A stretch of 61,565 bases of DNA from a virus (taxonomy: Duplodnaviria; Caudoviricetes), in the IMG/VR virus record IMGVR_UViG_3300044941_000051, positions 1 to 61,565 of that record; one strand, written 5' to 3'. A program made the position numbers and the translations under genes. Positions 9,725-19,164 of the stretch are shown piece after piece. The notes below the pieces were generated by a model. The model had not been told where the DNA came from and searched no databases. It saw nothing but the letters and a program-made list of their open reading frames with translations. Every line of letters starts with the position of its first letter. Position 1 is the first letter of the stretch.

Positions 9725-10160
9725 TCGCACTCCGCGCGAGCAGACCACTCGGGCCACGACCCAGCGGCGCAGTTCGTATCGTCGGCAATCGGCCATCCCT
9801 GTGCCGGACGAAAAGCCCGGGCTGGTCCATCGCTGGGTCCGCACGTCGGCCCTCGGCTTCGCCGACAACATCAACGTCTCCAAGCGCTTCCGCGAGGGCT
9901 ATGTCCCCGTGAAGGCGAAGGACTACCCCGAGCTGCAGGTCATGACCGACTACGGCTCGCGGTTCCCGGAGAACGTCGAAGTTGGCGGTCTTTTGCTCTG
10001 CGCTGCACCCAAGGACCTCGTTGAGGACCGCATCGCGTACCAGCAGGAAGTCACGAACTCGCAAATGGATGCGGTGGACCGCAACTACCTGCGCGAGTCC
10101 GACCCGCGCATGCCGGTCCTCCGGCCTGAGCGGACGTCTCGAGTTTCGTTCGGCAAATGA
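9717..10160 (+). CDS. Hypothetical head-module protein
   Basis: 147-aa ORF coupled to the scaffold gene. Confidence 0.7.
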   Translation: MDSRTPREQTTRATTQRRSSYRRQSAIPVPDEKPGLVHRWVRTSALGFADNINVSKRFREGYVPVKAKDYPELQVMTDYGSRFPENVEVGGLLLCAAPKDLVEDRIAYQQEVTNSQMDAVDRNYLRESDPRMPVLRPERTSRVSFGK

Positions 10161-10193
10161 TGCCGAGCGGCAACCCCCTCTAGGAGAGATCAG

Positions 10194-10868
10194 ATGGCCA
10201 CTGTTGCCACTCCCTATGGCCTCCGCACCATCTCCGCGATGGGTGGTCGGCCGTTCTCCGGCGGGTCGTTTCGTGAGTTCAGGATGGCGGCCAACAACGC
10301 GGCCGGCATCTTCAACGGCGACCTTGTCGAGCTGACCACTACGGGTCAGCCCCAGCGTCGGGCGTCTCAGCCCAATGCGATTGTCCTCCCCGCGACAGCC
10401 GGCAACGCGACTGCCGGTACTGTGGGCATCGTCGGTGTCTGCACCGGAGCGCGCTACATCAGCGCCGAGGGTCAGTTCCGCAACAACCACTTCGCTCCTG
10501 CCAACCTCATCACCGGCGGCGCCAGCGATGTCTGGATCCAGGTGATGGACGACCCCTACGCGCTCTTCCAGATCAAGGGCACTGCGGCGCTCGGAACCTT
10601 CAATTCCGGCACCGACGGCTCTGGCTGGCCGGGTGCAATCGGGATGAATGCTGGCATCACCTTTGTGGGCTCGCCGAGCATTGCCACCGGGAACTCGAAC
10701 GTCGCACTGACGGTTGGCACCAACGGCGGGTCGCTGGCGGCCACTTCGTCCCTTCCGCTGCGGATCATCGACGTGGTGCGTGGCACCGAGAGCGATCCGT
10801 TCCCGGAGTTCATTGTCAAGCTCAATGTTGGTGTACACTCGTACAACAACCCGCTTGGCCTGGCTTGA
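10194..10868 (+). CDS. Putative capsid decoration/cement protein
   Basis: Gly/Thr-rich beta protein directly upstream of the capsid gene; AGGAGAG RBS. Confidence 0.65.
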   Translation: MATVATPYGLRTISAMGGRPFSGGSFREFRMAANNAAGIFNGDLVELTTTGQPQRRASQPNAIVLPATAGNATAGTVGIVGVCTGARYISAEGQFRNNHFAPANLITGGASDVWIQVMDDPYALFQIKGTAALGTFNSGTDGSGWPGAIGMNAGITFVGSPSIATGNSNVALTVGTNGGSLAATSSLPLRIIDVVRGTESDPFPEFIVKLNVGVHSYNNPLGLA

Positions 10869-10879
10869 GGAGCTGACTG

Positions 10880-11788
10880 ATGGCTACGATTTCTCGCGCC
10901 CAACTTCTGAAGCAGCTGCTCCCCGGTCTCAATGCGCTGTTCGGCCTCGAATACGCCAAGTACGAGAACGAACACGCGGAGATCTACGAGACCGAAAACT
11001 CGGAACGCTCGTTCGAGGAAGAGCAGAAGCTGTCGGGCTTCGGTGCCGCCCCGGTGAAAGCCGAGGGTCAGGCTATCGAATACGACACCGCGCAAGAGGC
11101 GTTCACCGCTCGCTACGTGCACGAGACCATCGCGATGGGGTTCTCGATCACGGAAGAGGCGATGGAGGACAACCTCTATGACTCGCTCTCGGCCCGCTAC
11201 ATCCGGGCCCTGGCCCGGTCCATGGCGCACACCAAACAGGTCAAGGCCGCAGCGCTGCTGAACAACGGTTTCACCACGTTCCTTTCGGGTGATGGTGTCT
11301 CGCTGTTTAACGCCGCCCATCCCACGGTCTCCGGGAATACGAACCGGAACCGCCCGGCGGTGGACGCGGACCTGAACGAAACTTCGCTCGAGCAGGCTGT
11401 GATCGACATCGCGGCGTTCGTCGACGAGCGGGGCCTGCTGATCGCAGCGCGACCGACCAAACTGATCGTGCCGCCGAGCCTCCTGTTCGTTGCTACGCGC
11501 CTGCTGGAGACCGAGATGCGTGTCGGCACTGCGGACAACGACGTGAACGCGCTCAGGAGCAATGGCTCGATCCCGCAAGGGCACCGCGTCAACCATCGCC
11601 TGACCGATCCCGACGCCTGGTTCCTGATCACCGACGTCCCGAACGGGATGAAGCACTTCGTCCGTACTCCGATGAAGACCGCCATGGAGGGCGACTTCGA
11701 CTCAGGGAACGTGCGTTACAAGGCCCGGGAGCGGTACTCCTTCGGCTGCTCCGATCCGCTCGGAATCTACGGTAGCCCCGGCGCGTAA
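10880..11788 (+). CDS. Major capsid protein (HK97 fold, Mu gpT-like)
   Basis: MATISRAQLLKQLLPGLNALFGLEY start; GDFDSGNVRYKARERYSFG C-terminal motif; followed by a terminator. Confidence 0.9.
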   Translation: MATISRAQLLKQLLPGLNALFGLEYAKYENEHAEIYETENSERSFEEEQKLSGFGAAPVKAEGQAIEYDTAQEAFTARYVHETIAMGFSITEEAMEDNLYDSLSARYIRALARSMAHTKQVKAAALLNNGFTTFLSGDGVSLFNAAHPTVSGNTNRNRPAVDADLNETSLEQAVIDIAAFVDERGLLIAARPTKLIVPPSLLFVATRLLETEMRVGTADNDVNALRSNGSIPQGHRVNHRLTDPDAWFLITDVPNGMKHFVRTPMKTAMEGDFDSGNVRYKARERYSFGCSDPLGIYGSPGA

Positions 11789-11814
11789 CCCCCTGAAAAA
11801 CCTTCGGGTTTTCA

Positions 11815-11847
11815 GCAAAGGCCCGCCCCGGCGGGCCTTTGCTTTTT
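11815..11847 (+). terminator. Rho-independent terminator after the capsid gene
   Basis: GCAAAGGCCCGCC-cc-GGCGGGCCTTTGC followed by T5. Confidence 0.85.
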
Positions 11848-11874
11848 CATGGGGGCGGCCCGCCCCTCAAGACC

Positions 11875-11903
11875 TTGACGGACCGGTAAAGTCACGTATA
11901 AAT
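11875..11903 (+). promoter_or_regulatory. Possible sigma70 promoter for the endonuclease gene
   Basis: TTGACG-N16-TATAAA(T). Confidence 0.4.
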
Positions 11904-11920
11904 ATCGGCGCCCATAGGGA

Positions 11921-13540
11921 GTGCCGCCGATGAAGACTCTCGAGCAGGTCATTGCTCAGTTCCCGCCACAAGTGCGGGAAAGGTATGATTTCGGCGGCGC
12001 CGCGTACCACGGAGCTCTCGCCCCCATAACCGGCATCGTGTGTCCCAAGCACGGGGAGTTTCAGCAGTATGCCGCGCAGCTCCGTAAGGATGGCGCGGGG
12101 TGCCCCAAGTGCGGGGCTGAACAGCGAGCGCAGACCCGACGCATGAAGCCAGACGAGTTTATTCGTCGCGCGGAGGAAGTGCATCCTGGGCGGTTCGACT
12201 ACATAAAAACAACTTATGTGAATATGACGACAAAAGTCGTCGTTACGTGCAGGAAGCACGGAGATTTTGAGATTAGTCCGATAAAATTAGTGTACGGAAA
12301 GCAAGGATGTCCAGTTTGCGCTGTTAGCACGCGCGGATACCAAAAGGATATGGTTTCGTGTCGCTTGAAGACGGCGGCGAGTAAGCGAAATAGTTTTCGT
12401 GGCCGGTTTGTTGAGCGAGCCAGGGCCGTTCATGGCGCCCGCTACGACTACAGCGATCATGGATACGTTACAGCCCGGCAGAAAGTTCGAGTCCGGTGCC
12501 CAAAACACGGTGATTTCGAGCAGGCAGCAGGTAAACACCTCGCAGGTCAGGGCTGCCCCAGCTGCAATAATGTGAAGTCCGCTCCTGAAGACGCGCTCGC
12601 GGCCTTCCTTTCGATTTTTACTACGGTCGTTCGCCGGGATCGGACTATAATCGCCCCAAAGGAGATTGACATCCTGCTGCCGGAGCATAAGCTCGCCGTA
12701 GAGTTTTGTGGTATGTACTGGCATAGCCATGGAAGCAAAGAAGACGAAGCTAAAAATAAACTACGGCACGCGGAGAAGCACCGGCTGTGTGCCGAAAAAG
12801 GCTATCAGCTTCTGACAATCTATGAAACGGAGTGGTCTGCGCGACCTCAAGTCGTCAAACGCCTGCTCCGAAATGCTATGGGCCGCATGCGGGGCAGGCT
12901 TATGGCGCGCAAGTGCCGTCTTGGCACTCCTTCTGCGGCAGAGGCCGCCGCGTTCTACGAAGCTTACCACCCGCAGGGTGGCGCCGGGGCTGGGGAGCAC
13001 TACGGGCTCTACTACCGAGGTAGACTTGTGGCCTGTATGCGGTTTGCTTTCGGCAACAACGACCGGGGCGCAGCGGCCAAGGAGCGTCGATGGACTCTGA
13101 GTCGCTATGCGACACGATTGCCGGTCGCTGGGGCTGCCAGCAAGCTCTTCAAGGCGTTCCTGGCCGAGCATTGTCCGCTCGAGGTAAAGTCGTTTTCAGA
13201 CAACCGGCTCTTTGCGGGTGGTATGTACGAGCAGCTTGGGTTCGTCCTGGAGCAGAACGTCGACCCTGACTACCAAGTATGGAGCCCAAAGCTTGGGCTG
13301 CGTCCAAAGTCCCACTATCAACGCCGCGTTTTGCAAAAGCGCCTGAAAGAACATGGGGTTGAGGGGTCGTTCGACCCCAAGACAGACCCTAGGACTGAGG
13401 CAGAGGTCACATACCTCATGGGCGCACGCCGAATCTACGACTGCGGCAAGAAGCGATGGGTGTGGACTTTGCTACCGCACCATGCTACTCTCTTCCTCGC
13501 AGGACAACATCAGCCGCGCCGACAGGACTTCCTGCCCTGA
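11921..13540 (+). CDS. Free-standing Hef-like homing endonuclease (CPKHG zinc repeats, nuclease, GNAT/Mom-like C-terminal domain)
   Basis: Three C-x-KHG...GCPxC repeats, EIDILLPEHKLAVEFCGMYWHS nuclease motif, SFSDNR..GMYEQLGF and IYDCG; lower GC than flanks. Confidence 0.75.
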   Translation: MPPMKTLEQVIAQFPPQVRERYDFGGAAYHGALAPITGIVCPKHGEFQQYAAQLRKDGAGCPKCGAEQRAQTRRMKPDEFIRRAEEVHPGRFDYIKTTYVNMTTKVVVTCRKHGDFEISPIKLVYGKQGCPVCAVSTRGYQKDMVSCRLKTAASKRNSFRGRFVERARAVHGARYDYSDHGYVTARQKVRVRCPKHGDFEQAAGKHLAGQGCPSCNNVKSAPEDALAAFLSIFTTVVRRDRTIIAPKEIDILLPEHKLAVEFCGMYWHSHGSKEDEAKNKLRHAEKHRLCAEKGYQLLTIYETEWSARPQVVKRLLRNAMGRMRGRLMARKCRLGTPSAAEAAAFYEAYHPQGGAGAGEHYGLYYRGRLVACMRFAFGNNDRGAAAKERRWTLSRYATRLPVAGAASKLFKAFLAEHCPLEVKSFSDNRLFAGGMYEQLGFVLEQNVDPDYQVWSPKLGLRPKSHYQRRVLQKRLKEHGVEGSFDPKTDPRTEAEVTYLMGARRIYDCGKKRWVWTLLPHHATLFLAGQHQPRRQDFLP

Positions 13541-13587
13541 CGTTGCACAGACTGCGCGGCTAATCCTTGTGCAAGAGGTAAAGCCAG

Positions 13588-13950
13588 ATGGCTAGAACGA
13601 CGTTTTCCGGGCCGGTCCGTTCGGTCGCCGGGTTCGAGACCAAAGTGTCTACCGGCACCGCTACCGCTGGCGCCATCACCCTGAATACCGCTGCAGGTAA
13701 GGTCACGACCGAGTCGCTGACTACGGCGCAGAACGCCAACTACACCCTGACGCTGACCAACAGCAGCATTGCCGCGGCAGACCTGGTCTTCGCTTCGGTC
13801 GCCAACGGGACCAACACCCAGGGCACCCCTGTGCTGCTGCGCGTAACGCCGGCGGCTGGGTCGGCCACCATCGTCGTGCGGAACGCCCACGACTCGGCGC
13901 AGGCGTTTAACGGCACGCTGGTGATCTCGTTCCTCGTGGTCAAGGCTTGA
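13588..13950 (+). CDS. Virion structural protein (putative)
   Basis: MARTTFSGPVRS start; Thr/Ala-rich. Confidence 0.7.
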   Translation: MARTTFSGPVRSVAGFETKVSTGTATAGAITLNTAAGKVTTESLTTAQNANYTLTLTNSSIAAADLVFASVANGTNTQGTPVLLRVTPAAGSATIVVRNAHDSAQAFNGTLVISFLVVKA

Positions 13951-13954
13951 TGCG

Positions 13955-14257
13955 ATGTCCAGGGTTCAGGCGCTTGTTGTTTGCCCGGCTGGAGTTTGGA
14001 CCGAACTGACCGCAGCGAACGCGACGACTGTCACGTTCCAGGTCATTGGCGGCTCCATCGAAGTCCGCGGTGCGGTGGGGGCTACCCCACCCACTGGGAA
14101 CGTACGGGGGTACCGATACCACGCCCGCCCCGACGGGAAGCAGAGTGAGCAAGGCGAGCTGCGGCTTACTTTGGCTGACCTCGCCGCTGGCGCGAACCGA
14201 CTCTACGCCAGACCGATCAACGGCCGCCCGGCCAAGGTTCTTGTGGACCACGCGTAA
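13955..14257 (+). CDS. Hypothetical protein
   Basis: 100-aa ORF in operon. Confidence 0.65.
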   Translation: MSRVQALVVCPAGVWTELTAANATTVTFQVIGGSIEVRGAVGATPPTGNVRGYRYHARPDGKQSEQGELRLTLADLAAGANRLYARPINGRPAKVLVDHA

Positions 14258-14268
14258 GGAGGGTCGAG

Positions 14269-14526
14269 ATGGCCAAGACTCCGGCCTGGCAGCGAAAAGA
14301 GGGTCAGAACCCCAAGGGCGGGCTTAACGCCAAGGGGCGGGCCTCGGCGAAGCGCCAAGGCATGAACCTTAAGCCCCCTGCACCCGACGCAGAACCGTGG
14401 ACCAAGGACGGGAAGCGGAGGAAGAGCTTCTGCGCGCGGAGCAAGGGGCAGATGAAAATGTGGCCGGACGCGGCGAAGGATCCTGACAGCCGGCTGCGCA
14501 AAGCACGCCGCGCCTGGGGGTGCTAA
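14269..14526 (+). CDS. Small basic phage protein (DUF6321-like)
   Basis: MAKTPAWQRKEGQNPKGGLNAKGR...RRKSFCAR...W.C; strong RBS. Confidence 0.75.
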   Translation: MAKTPAWQRKEGQNPKGGLNAKGRASAKRQGMNLKPPAPDAEPWTKDGKRRKSFCARSKGQMKMWPDAAKDPDSRLRKARRAWGC

Positions 14527-14539
14527 AAGCGAGAAGAGC

Positions 14540-14866
14540 ATGAATACTCCCAAAATAGACAACAGAATTACCACCGGGAACCTTCTCTCGATTGCGACGG
14601 TCATTTTCGCAGCAGGGAGCGCATGGGCTTTGGTTGGAGCAGAGACAAAGGCAATCCGCGAACACACTACCCAACTTCGAACATCATTGGCAGCCGTTGA
14701 AGCGAGGGTTGAGCGGAGCGGGGTTGAACGCGCAGCCGCGCTGGCGGCCCACGAGGCTCGTATCAGGGCTCTGGAGACATCCTCGGCCCGCAGTGACGCG
14801 CAGATCGGGGAAATCTACCGAATTGTCCAAAGGATCGAACAACGGATCGAAAGGATTGTGCCGTGA
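14540..14866 (+). CDS. Membrane protein with one TM helix plus coiled coil (lysis module)
   Basis: Hydrophobic LLSIATVIFAAGSAWALV; overlaps the lysozyme start. Confidence 0.65.
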   Translation: MNTPKIDNRITTGNLLSIATVIFAAGSAWALVGAETKAIREHTTQLRTSLAAVEARVERSGVERAAALAAHEARIRALETSSARSDAQIGEIYRIVQRIEQRIERIVP

Positions 14867-15534
14867 AAACGAGCGACCGGGGCAAAATCGCGCTTGCTAT
14901 CAAAGAAGGCGTGGTTCCCGCCCCCTATCTCGACAGCAAGGGCGTCTGGACTTTCGGCATCGGCCATGCGGAAACTAGCGGCATCGCGCCCAACCCCCGC
15001 AACATGCCAAAGGGGATGCCCGCCGATGTGAACGGCGCAATTCGCGATGCCTTCCGGCTGTTCGGCCCGACGCTGGAGCGATACGAGGACGCGGTGCGCA
15101 AGGCGGTGAAGGTGCCGATTGAACAGCACGAGTTCGACGCGCTGGTCAGCTTCCACTACAACACGGGTGGCATCGCCCGTGCAGCCATCACGCGCCACTT
15201 GAACGCAGGGGATCGCAAGGCGGCGGCAGACGCCTTCATGGGCTGGCTGCGCCCCCCTGAAATCCGTAGCAGGCGCGAGGCCGAGCAACGGCTGTTTCGC
15301 GATGGTGTTTATCCGACAGGATCAATTCCTGTCTATGAGGTTACGGCGGCAAACACGCCTGGCCGCGTAATCCGCCGAATCCTGCCAGCCGAGGCGCTGG
15401 CAATGCTGGCCCCTGAGAGCCCCGCACAACGGCCTGCGGCCCCGGCCGCCCCTGCCCCTGCCCCTGCCCCGAAGCCACCCGGCCTGCTGGCGCGCATCCT
15501 GGCGGCGCTGGCGGCCCTGTTCCGCAAGAGGTGA
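14863..15534 (+). CDS. Endolysin, GH24 lysozyme
   Basis: EG..PYLDSKGVWTFGIGH, QHEFDALVSFHYNTG, RREAEQRLF. Confidence 0.9.
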   Translation: MKTSDRGKIALAIKEGVVPAPYLDSKGVWTFGIGHAETSGIAPNPRNMPKGMPADVNGAIRDAFRLFGPTLERYEDAVRKAVKVPIEQHEFDALVSFHYNTGGIARAAITRHLNAGDRKAAADAFMGWLRPPEIRSRREAEQRLFRDGVYPTGSIPVYEVTAANTPGRVIRRILPAEALAMLAPESPAQRPAAPAAPAPAPAPKPPGLLARILAALAALFRKR

Positions 15535-15538
15535 GACG

Positions 15539-15778
15539 ATGACATTCGAGCATCAACCCGACGCTTTGCCGACGAACAAGGCCACTGTCAGCGGGGCGAT
15601 TGCTTCTTTGGTGGCAGTGAACGCTGAGCCCGTGGTGGCTGAAGTGTGGCCGCAGATCGCGCCCTCGCTTCTGTCTGGACCTGCAATGACGGCGTTCCTT
15701 GCCGCGCTTGCGGGGCTTATGGCTGGCTTGGCGGTGGCGTGGTGGGTCCCTGATCGAGCGGGGACGCCGAATGAATGA
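15539..15778 (+). CDS. Putative holin
   Basis: 79 aa, two hydrophobic segments, follows the endolysin. Confidence 0.55.
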   Translation: MTFEHQPDALPTNKATVSGAIASLVAVNAEPVVAEVWPQIAPSLLSGPAMTAFLAALAGLMAGLAVAWWVPDRAGTPNE

Positions 15779-16590
15779 CGCGAACGTCAGCCATGCGTAG
15801 CCCCTTCGACACCTTCGGCCTGCGCTCGCCGTTCGGGGGGCGGCGCGGCTTCAACCCCGCGCAATTGTTCGCCAGCGGTGAGCAGGGCGCATGGTATGAC
15901 CCGAGCGACCTCAGCACCGTGTTTCAGGACGCGGCGGGCACGGTGCCTGGGACGGTGGATCAACCCGTGGGGCGCATCCTCGACAAGTCGGGGAGGGGAA
16001 ATCACGCGACACAGGCGACATCGGCGCAGCGCCCAACTCTTCGACAGAGCGGCGGGCTCTATTACCTCGATTTCGACGGCGTGGACGATCATTTGTTCAC
16101 TGCAAGTTTTAATGGGGCAACCAGCACTGCACAGACATTCGCGGGCGTCAGAAAACTGAACAACGAAGGAACAATCGTAGAAACGCTGGGATCGCCGATT
16201 ACAAACGGGCTTATTCTGTGGACGAGTAATACAAACACGTCGTGGCGGTTTAACGCTCGGGGAAATCGAGCCTTTGATGCCAATGACGTAGTAGCAATAA
16301 ACAACACGCCCGCTCCCGACACCGCTGTCCTCGCGGGGTGGATTGATCTTGACGGAGGACCAGCCAGGCTGCGGAAGAACCGGGGGGCAATTCAGGAGTC
16401 GGTCAGTACGACTTGGGGCACCGGTCCCTTTATGTCGCGACCACTTTACATGGGACGGCGGTTTAACGGAACATCTCCGTTGTCAGGGCGCATCTACAGC
16501 CTCATCGTGCGCTTTGGTTCAACCCAAACCGAGGAAGAACGGGCGCAAGTCGAGAATTGGGTCGCAGCAAAGACGGGGGTGACGCTATGA
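15775..16590 (+). CDS. ConA/LamG-like virion or tail-associated protein
   Basis: GAWYDPSDLSTVFQD, DKSGRGNHATQ, LDFDGVDD motifs. Confidence 0.7.
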   Translation: MTRTSAMRSPFDTFGLRSPFGGRRGFNPAQLFASGEQGAWYDPSDLSTVFQDAAGTVPGTVDQPVGRILDKSGRGNHATQATSAQRPTLRQSGGLYYLDFDGVDDHLFTASFNGATSTAQTFAGVRKLNNEGTIVETLGSPITNGLILWTSNTNTSWRFNARGNRAFDANDVVAINNTPAPDTAVLAGWIDLDGGPARLRKNRGAIQESVSTTWGTGPFMSRPLYMGRRFNGTSPLSGRIYSLIVRFGSTQTEEERAQVENWVAAKTGVTL

Positions 16591-16973
16591 TCCGCATCAC
16601 GGCAGCGGTGCCCGAAGCGCTGATCCCGGACGGCAATCAACTGGCGATGGCCATCGGGCTTGGTCCCGCAGACGGACAGACCTACGTCATCCCGAATTGG
16701 CAGGACGCGGACGGCAATCGCTACGCCGCTGCCAGCTTCGAGGCTCGCCCGGAATGGGTGGAAGCCGCCCAGCAACCCCTCGTCCGCCCGGCGTGGGACA
16801 CGGACGAGATCATTGACATGGACGCGGCCAGTCGTGCGCAGGCGGCGATGGTGTTTTCGACAGAGCCCGTCGCAGCAACGCCCGGCCAGATCACGGCCAT
16901 CGGCGGGATGCCGGGGCTGGCGGCTCTGGCAGCAATGGGACTGACGGCGGTGGAGGCAGACGATGCTGACTGA
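16587..16973 (+). CDS. Hypothetical protein
   Basis: ATGA-coupled ORF. Confidence 0.65.
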   Translation: MIRITAAVPEALIPDGNQLAMAIGLGPADGQTYVIPNWQDADGNRYAAASFEARPEWVEAAQQPLVRPAWDTDEIIDMDAASRAQAAMVFSTEPVAATPGQITAIGGMPGLAALAAMGLTAVEADDAD

Positions 16974-17196
16974 TATCCTCACGGCGCTTGGTGCGCTAGT
17001 GACAGGACTGGTGGCGATTGCTGCTGCGATCTGGCGGGCGCGGACCAAGGGGCGGCGCGAGGGCCGCGAAACAGCACAGACGGAGGCAATGCGCGATGCA
17101 GCAGAACGGGTGGAAAAGGGGCGCGCGGCTGTCCAGCGCGGGCGCGGTGCTGGCGATCCTGACGAGCGGTTGCGCCGGAACGATGGTCAGTGGTGA
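16963..17196 (+). CDS. Putative i-spanin (Rz-like)
   Basis: N-terminal TM helix followed by a charged helical tail. Confidence 0.6.
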   Translation: MLTDILTALGALVTGLVAIAAAIWRARTKGRREGRETAQTEAMRDAAERVEKGRAAVQRGRGAGDPDERLRRNDGQW

Positions 17197-17317
17197 CGCA
17201 GGATGCGCCAGCTACGGCGAAGCGCGACTGACGATGCCTCGCACTGAGCCGATCACCGGCCCGTGGGGCGAATGGGTGGCCGATCTGGATGACCGGATGA
17301 CCGGGACGTGCCGTTAG
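17096..17317 (+). CDS. Putative o-spanin lipoprotein (Rz1-like), overlapping
   Basis: Signal-like AGAVLAILTSG-C lipobox; overlaps the i-spanin 3' half in another frame. Confidence 0.55.
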   Translation: MQQNGWKRGARLSSAGAVLAILTSGCAGTMVSGDAGCASYGEARLTMPRTEPITGPWGEWVADLDDRMTGTCR

Positions 17318-17401
17318 GGCCCCGCCGCGCTTCATGGCGCTACCATTGCGGATAAAGCCGTCCTGTGTTAAGTTCATGCACAGGAACTTAGGACTCCGAG
17401 C

Positions 17402-18061
17402 ATGCCGGTGGTTGTCCCCGATCTCTCTGAGCTTTTCGAGGAGGCGTTCGAGCGTGCCGGGCTTGAGATGCAGTCCGGCTACGACCTGCGCACGATCCGG
17501 CGTAGCCTCAATCTGTTGACGCTGGAGTGGCAGAACCGCGGGATTAACCTGTGGACCATTGAGGCGGGCACACTGCCGCTGGTCGCCGGACAGGCGACCT
17601 ATACATTGCCTGTCGACACGGTAGACCTCATCGAGCACCAGCTACGTTCTGGCTCCGGCGCGGACCAGCTTGATACGGCGCTCGAGCGCATCAGTGTCTC
17701 TACATATGCCCAGCAGGCCAAGAAAGAGCTCCAGGGTCGGCCGACGCAGATCTTCGTGCAGCGGCTCGCTACCGGGGTCACGGCCACGCTATGGCCTGTC
17801 CCAACTGCAGGGTTCACCCTCGCCTACTACCGCCTTCGTGGTACCCCGGGGCTCGACAGTGGCATCGCCGGCACCGCAGCCATCCCTCCGAGGTTTGTGC
17901 CTGCGCTGGTAGCCGGCCTGGCGTTTCATGTCGCTACGAAGCGCCCAGCAGTGGCCGAGCGGGCAGTGGCCCTGAAAAGCGAGTACGAGGCGGCGTTCGC
18001 TCTTGCCGCCGATGCCGATCAGGATCGCGCGTCGCTCTTCATCACTCCTGGGAGGTGGTGA
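17402..18061 (+). CDS. Head-tail adaptor / tail tubular protein (putative)
   Basis: EEAFERAG..SGYDLRTIRRSLNLL..EWQNRGINLWT motif; position. Confidence 0.7.
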   Translation: MPVVVPDLSELFEEAFERAGLEMQSGYDLRTIRRSLNLLTLEWQNRGINLWTIEAGTLPLVAGQATYTLPVDTVDLIEHQLRSGSGADQLDTALERISVSTYAQQAKKELQGRPTQIFVQRLATGVTATLWPVPTAGFTLAYYRLRGTPGLDSGIAGTAAIPPRFVPALVAGLAFHVATKRPAVAERAVALKSEYEAAFALAADADQDRASLFITPGRW

Positions 18062-18372
18062 TGTACGCAAAAGGTACCCGCGCTTGGGGGGTATGCGACC
18101 GCACTGGAATGCGGTATAGGCTGTCTGACCTGGTGTCGGAGTTCAGGAACGGCCAGAAGACTGGGCTCCGTGTCGGGCGCGATGTGGCTGATCCTGACCA
18201 CCACCAGAACTTCATTGGGCGTTTGCGTGTCGTTGACCCGCAGGCGCTGCGCGACCCCCGCCCGGAGCAGAACCTTGCTCAGTCACGGGGTTTCTTCGGG
18301 TGGAACCCCGTGGGGCATCCGCAGGTGTTTCTCACTGGCACCGCAGGTGCCGTAACTGTTGTGGAGGGCTAA
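18061..18372 (+). CDS. Hypothetical virion-module protein
   Basis: ATG at 18061; GVCDRTG and DPQALRDPRPE motifs. Confidence 0.65.
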   Translation: MYAKGTRAWGVCDRTGMRYRLSDLVSEFRNGQKTGLRVGRDVADPDHHQNFIGRLRVVDPQALRDPRPEQNLAQSRGFFGWNPVGHPQVFLTGTAGAVTVVEG

Positions 18373-18373
18373 G

Positions 18374-18727
18374 ATGGCCAAGGGAAAATCGGGGTCTCGG
18401 AGCAAGCAGGAACAGCTCAGGACGCGCCAGATGCCTAGCGGCGCGCAGCAGTGGGTGCGGGGGGATAGCACCGCCGATAGGATGAGAACCATCAACGATG
18501 CTTACGATCCGATATTTCGCCAATTAGATGCACTGCGCGAGGACAGATCCCCAGAAGGGCAGAGTAGGCACGCCGAACTGCTCCGAGCAATGAGGATGAA
18601 TACTAGAGCCTTCGTTGATGAGAGTAACGCGAGTACAGCGGCTTCGCGCGCTCGTAATTACAAATCTGGTGGCCCCGTCTGTCGGGGTATGGGCGCTGCG
18701 ACCCGCGGCGGTAAGTACAAACCTTGA
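18374..18727 (+). CDS. Small basic protein with C-terminal GG..CRGMGAATRGGKYK motif
   Basis: GGAGG RBS; C-terminus shared with 18910..19164. Confidence 0.65.
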   Translation: MAKGKSGSRSKQEQLRTRQMPSGAQQWVRGDSTADRMRTINDAYDPIFRQLDALREDRSPEGQSRHAELLRAMRMNTRAFVDESNASTAASRARNYKSGGPVCRGMGAATRGGKYKP

Positions 18728-18734
18728 GGGTACC

Positions 18735-18902
18735 GTGGCACGCAAGAACGCTCCGACCAAGTCTCCGTTTCCCCGTTCGCGCGAGGAGGGCCGCGCGGCG
18801 AGTGCCTTGCGCGGCATGAACCGACACGCCGCAGAGGAAGCCCCTCTGGCCCTCCCCGCCCGCCCCGGCCGTATGGAGTCCGGCGGCAAAGTGAAGAAGT
18901 GA
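18735..18902 (+). CDS. Small basic protein ending MESGGKVKK
   Basis: GTG start after GAGG; fills the operon gap. Confidence 0.5.
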   Translation: MARKNAPTKSPFPRSREEGRAASALRGMNRHAAEEAPLALPARPGRMESGGKVKK

Positions 18903-18909
18903 GGATACC

Positions 18910-19164
18910 ATGCCTGGCGAAGATCACGACCCCGACGTAACTTCCCTTGGCGCGCGGATCCAGAAGCTGCGCCCTGACTTGTACGACACCCTTTTTCGTG
19001 CCGGCGTGTTTCCCGCCGGGGACACCTACTCGACGCAGACTCGTACACCACGCCCGCCACAAGTCGGCATGAAGAAGGGTGGTAAGGTCAGTTGCGGCAT
19101 GAAGAAGGGCGGCAAGGTGTGCCGCGGCATGGGCGCCGCGACCCGTGGGGGCAAGTATAAGTGA
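18910..19164 (+). CDS. Small basic protein with MKKGGKV repeats
   Basis: GAGGA RBS; MKKGGKV x2 then CRGMGAATRGGKYK. Confidence 0.65.
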   Translation: MPGEDHDPDVTSLGARIQKLRPDLYDTLFRAGVFPAGDTYSTQTRTPRPPQVGMKKGGKVSCGMKKGGKVCRGMGAATRGGKYK

